Shown: positions 62,196 to 64,000 of the stretch, piece after piece
How the letters are laid out: each line of letters starts with the position of its first letter
How positions within the stretch are numbered: the stretch's first letter is position 1
Origin: Chiloscyllium plagiosum
Lineage: Eukaryota
Length of the DNA: 64,000 bases
Reading direction: 5' to 3'
NCBI RefSeq assembly: GCF_004010195.1
Contig: NC_057752.1
Coordinates: 8,816,387 to 8,880,386 of the forward strand
Program-made: the position numbers and the translations under genes
The notes under the pieces: model-generated
The model's database searches: none
What the model saw: the letters and a program-made list of their open reading frames with translations, nothing else
Told to the model about the DNA's origin: nothing

Positions 62196-63564
62196 ACAGC
62201 TATCAGCATTTTGGAGAGATCATTCCATCCGCAACTCCCTTGTTAAGATTCCCCCCCCCCACCTATGTTTGCAGTCGGTTGTTTTGTGGTAATGGGCTGG
62301 TTGCCTTTTTGAGAGCTGTCACTCAGCAGCTGTGGAGGAGGTAGGTAGGTGTGCCTGATTCTGCAGTCTGGGGGGGGGAATGCTGGGCTGTGCAGTTGGA
62401 CCCCTAGAGTTGCTCTTGTTTATTGTGACCAGGCTGCAGTGAGGAAGTAAGAGCTAGGGAACTGCTCGCTTTCTTGGGCTGTGAGCATTGTGGGAGGAGG
62501 GAATTGGCATGTCTGGCAGAATCCTGTGTGTGTTATAATTCCCCCCCCCCCCCCCCAAATCCAGCCCACATATCCCACTCCCGGCACCTTCCCCTGCCAC
62601 CAAAGGAAGTGCAAAACCTGCGTCTACACCCTTCCACATCCAACAGAAATTTACCTGCACCACCACTAATGTCATCTACTGTATATGTTGCACCCAATGT
62701 GGTCTGATTTCCAGCATCAGCAGTCCTCACTTTTGCCTAGTAATTTTGATCTGATTTGCTCAGCCTTTCTTCATCAGGAATCCCCTTCATCTCAAGAATT
62801 AGCCTTGTTAACCTTCTCTGAATGCTTTAAGGGAGAAGTAATGGAACAAGGTTTCAGTGCAATCTTATTTCCTCAGCATCTGCCACTAATGTCTTGATAA
62901 ACTTGCACTTCTAAATTGGATTGGAGGAAGCAAACTATTAAATTTGTTGGAACAATGCCATTCGCAAAATGAGTGCTGGTATCAGTATAGAGAGGACGGA
63001 GCCGGCCAATTCAATTCTACCTCCAACTTGAGTTCCTTTCTAGTTGGAAAAGGCATCCAGATGGATGGCTGAAGATTTTGTCGAGCATAAATCCTGCCAT
63101 GAGCTAAGAGTCTGAATGTCCTGTTTCTGAGCTTTAAGTGCGAGTTTAATTTAATTTTAAACTTAGCCAGCCAATAGTTGATGGGATAGTCGGCAGGCTC
63201 ACTAATCTTTAATTAGACTTCAATTTGTTTTGTAAATGTCACCTTACACTGGTTCCCATTTAGACCGCAGCCAGTGTCAAACTATCTTCTCCAGTGGGGT
63301 GCTAAGCACTCTGAAGAATGTAGTGCACTGTATGTTAGTTCAGTAGCTTTCCTAAGCACTTTGTTTACATGAGGACAAGCTATTTTGAATTGAATTAACT
63401 GCGTCATCAAACTGAATGGGATTGCCCTTCTTATCTAAGCATAACCACAGGATCATCAGCAATAGCTTCTCTTCCTTTGTCCTGCAGTCTCCCAAATATT
63501 CATGTAGTCCGTCCTTTTTTCCTTGTTTTACAGGTTGCTCTTTAGCATTGTCATCTTAAGATAT

Positions 63565-63812
63565 GAGCTAAGAATCCACGTGTGTATTAATGCCTCTCAG
63601 CTTGACCTTTCAACCCCTCCATTGCTGACAATTAGTCCCACATTGTCTTGGATGCCTTGCAGTTTCCTCCACTTAAACATTAGGAAGACAGGGGCCATTG
63701 TCTTTTGCCCCGCCACCAATTCTGGATCATCACTACCAATTCCAAATCTTTTCTCTGTCACTGGTGAAACAGGCTGTTTCAGAATATCTGTATTCTGTTC
63801 TATCCGATTACC
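63565..63812 (+). mobile_element. Old L2-clade RT relic
   Basis: WMPCSFLHLNIRKTGAIVF resembles L2 WMxxNFLxLNxxKTExIVF. Confidence 0.6.
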
Positions 63813-64000
63813 ATCTCCATTTCAAAGACTGGTAACTTGGTCCATCTCAGTGGATGTGCTTCTGAAAGTGAACTCCTTTGATCATCCAATGGCAAGAATT
63901 ATTATTGATGGGTTCTTTATTGTTATACCAGGAATGGCCAGTTTAGGTTTGATGCAAGCCAACCAGTTAGTCTTGTTTGTTCAGAACAGGTGTGGCATTG

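Overview
This is repeat-dense vertebrate genomic DNA, almost certainly from a cartilaginous fish. The evidence is HE1-type V-SINEs and CR1, Penelope and Gypsy families typical of sharks; the species cannot be called from this window. Most of the window appears to be intron of a minus-strand gene. One clean coding exon (2529-2650) encodes a TANK-like TBK1/IKKe-binding helix. A CpG-enriched, probably bidirectional promoter with ISRE/NF-kB/ETS-like motifs lies at about 56.7-57.5 kb. The remainder is nested mobile DNA: two decayed same-family Gypsy LTR retrotransposons in opposite orientation, three solo LTRs, one near full-length and many truncated CR1-group LINEs, Penelope-like elements carrying minimal hammerhead-ribozyme motifs, a Tx1/L1 fragment, V-SINEs, DeuSINE-like relics, Harbinger-like relics and two MITEs. 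There are two assembly gaps. The most striking observation is that all four Gypsy LTRs are independently interrupted at the same ~15-bp site beside the TATA box. Three of these inserts are A-tailed, TSD-flanked and co-oriented: one Tx1 ORF2 3' end, one probably related 3' tip, and one unrelated passenger sequence. This suggests a Tx1-clade retrotransposon that specifically targets this Gypsy LTR. One LTR also shows a flipped loop inside a CCAAT-box hairpin. All family assignments are by eye; no database searches were run.
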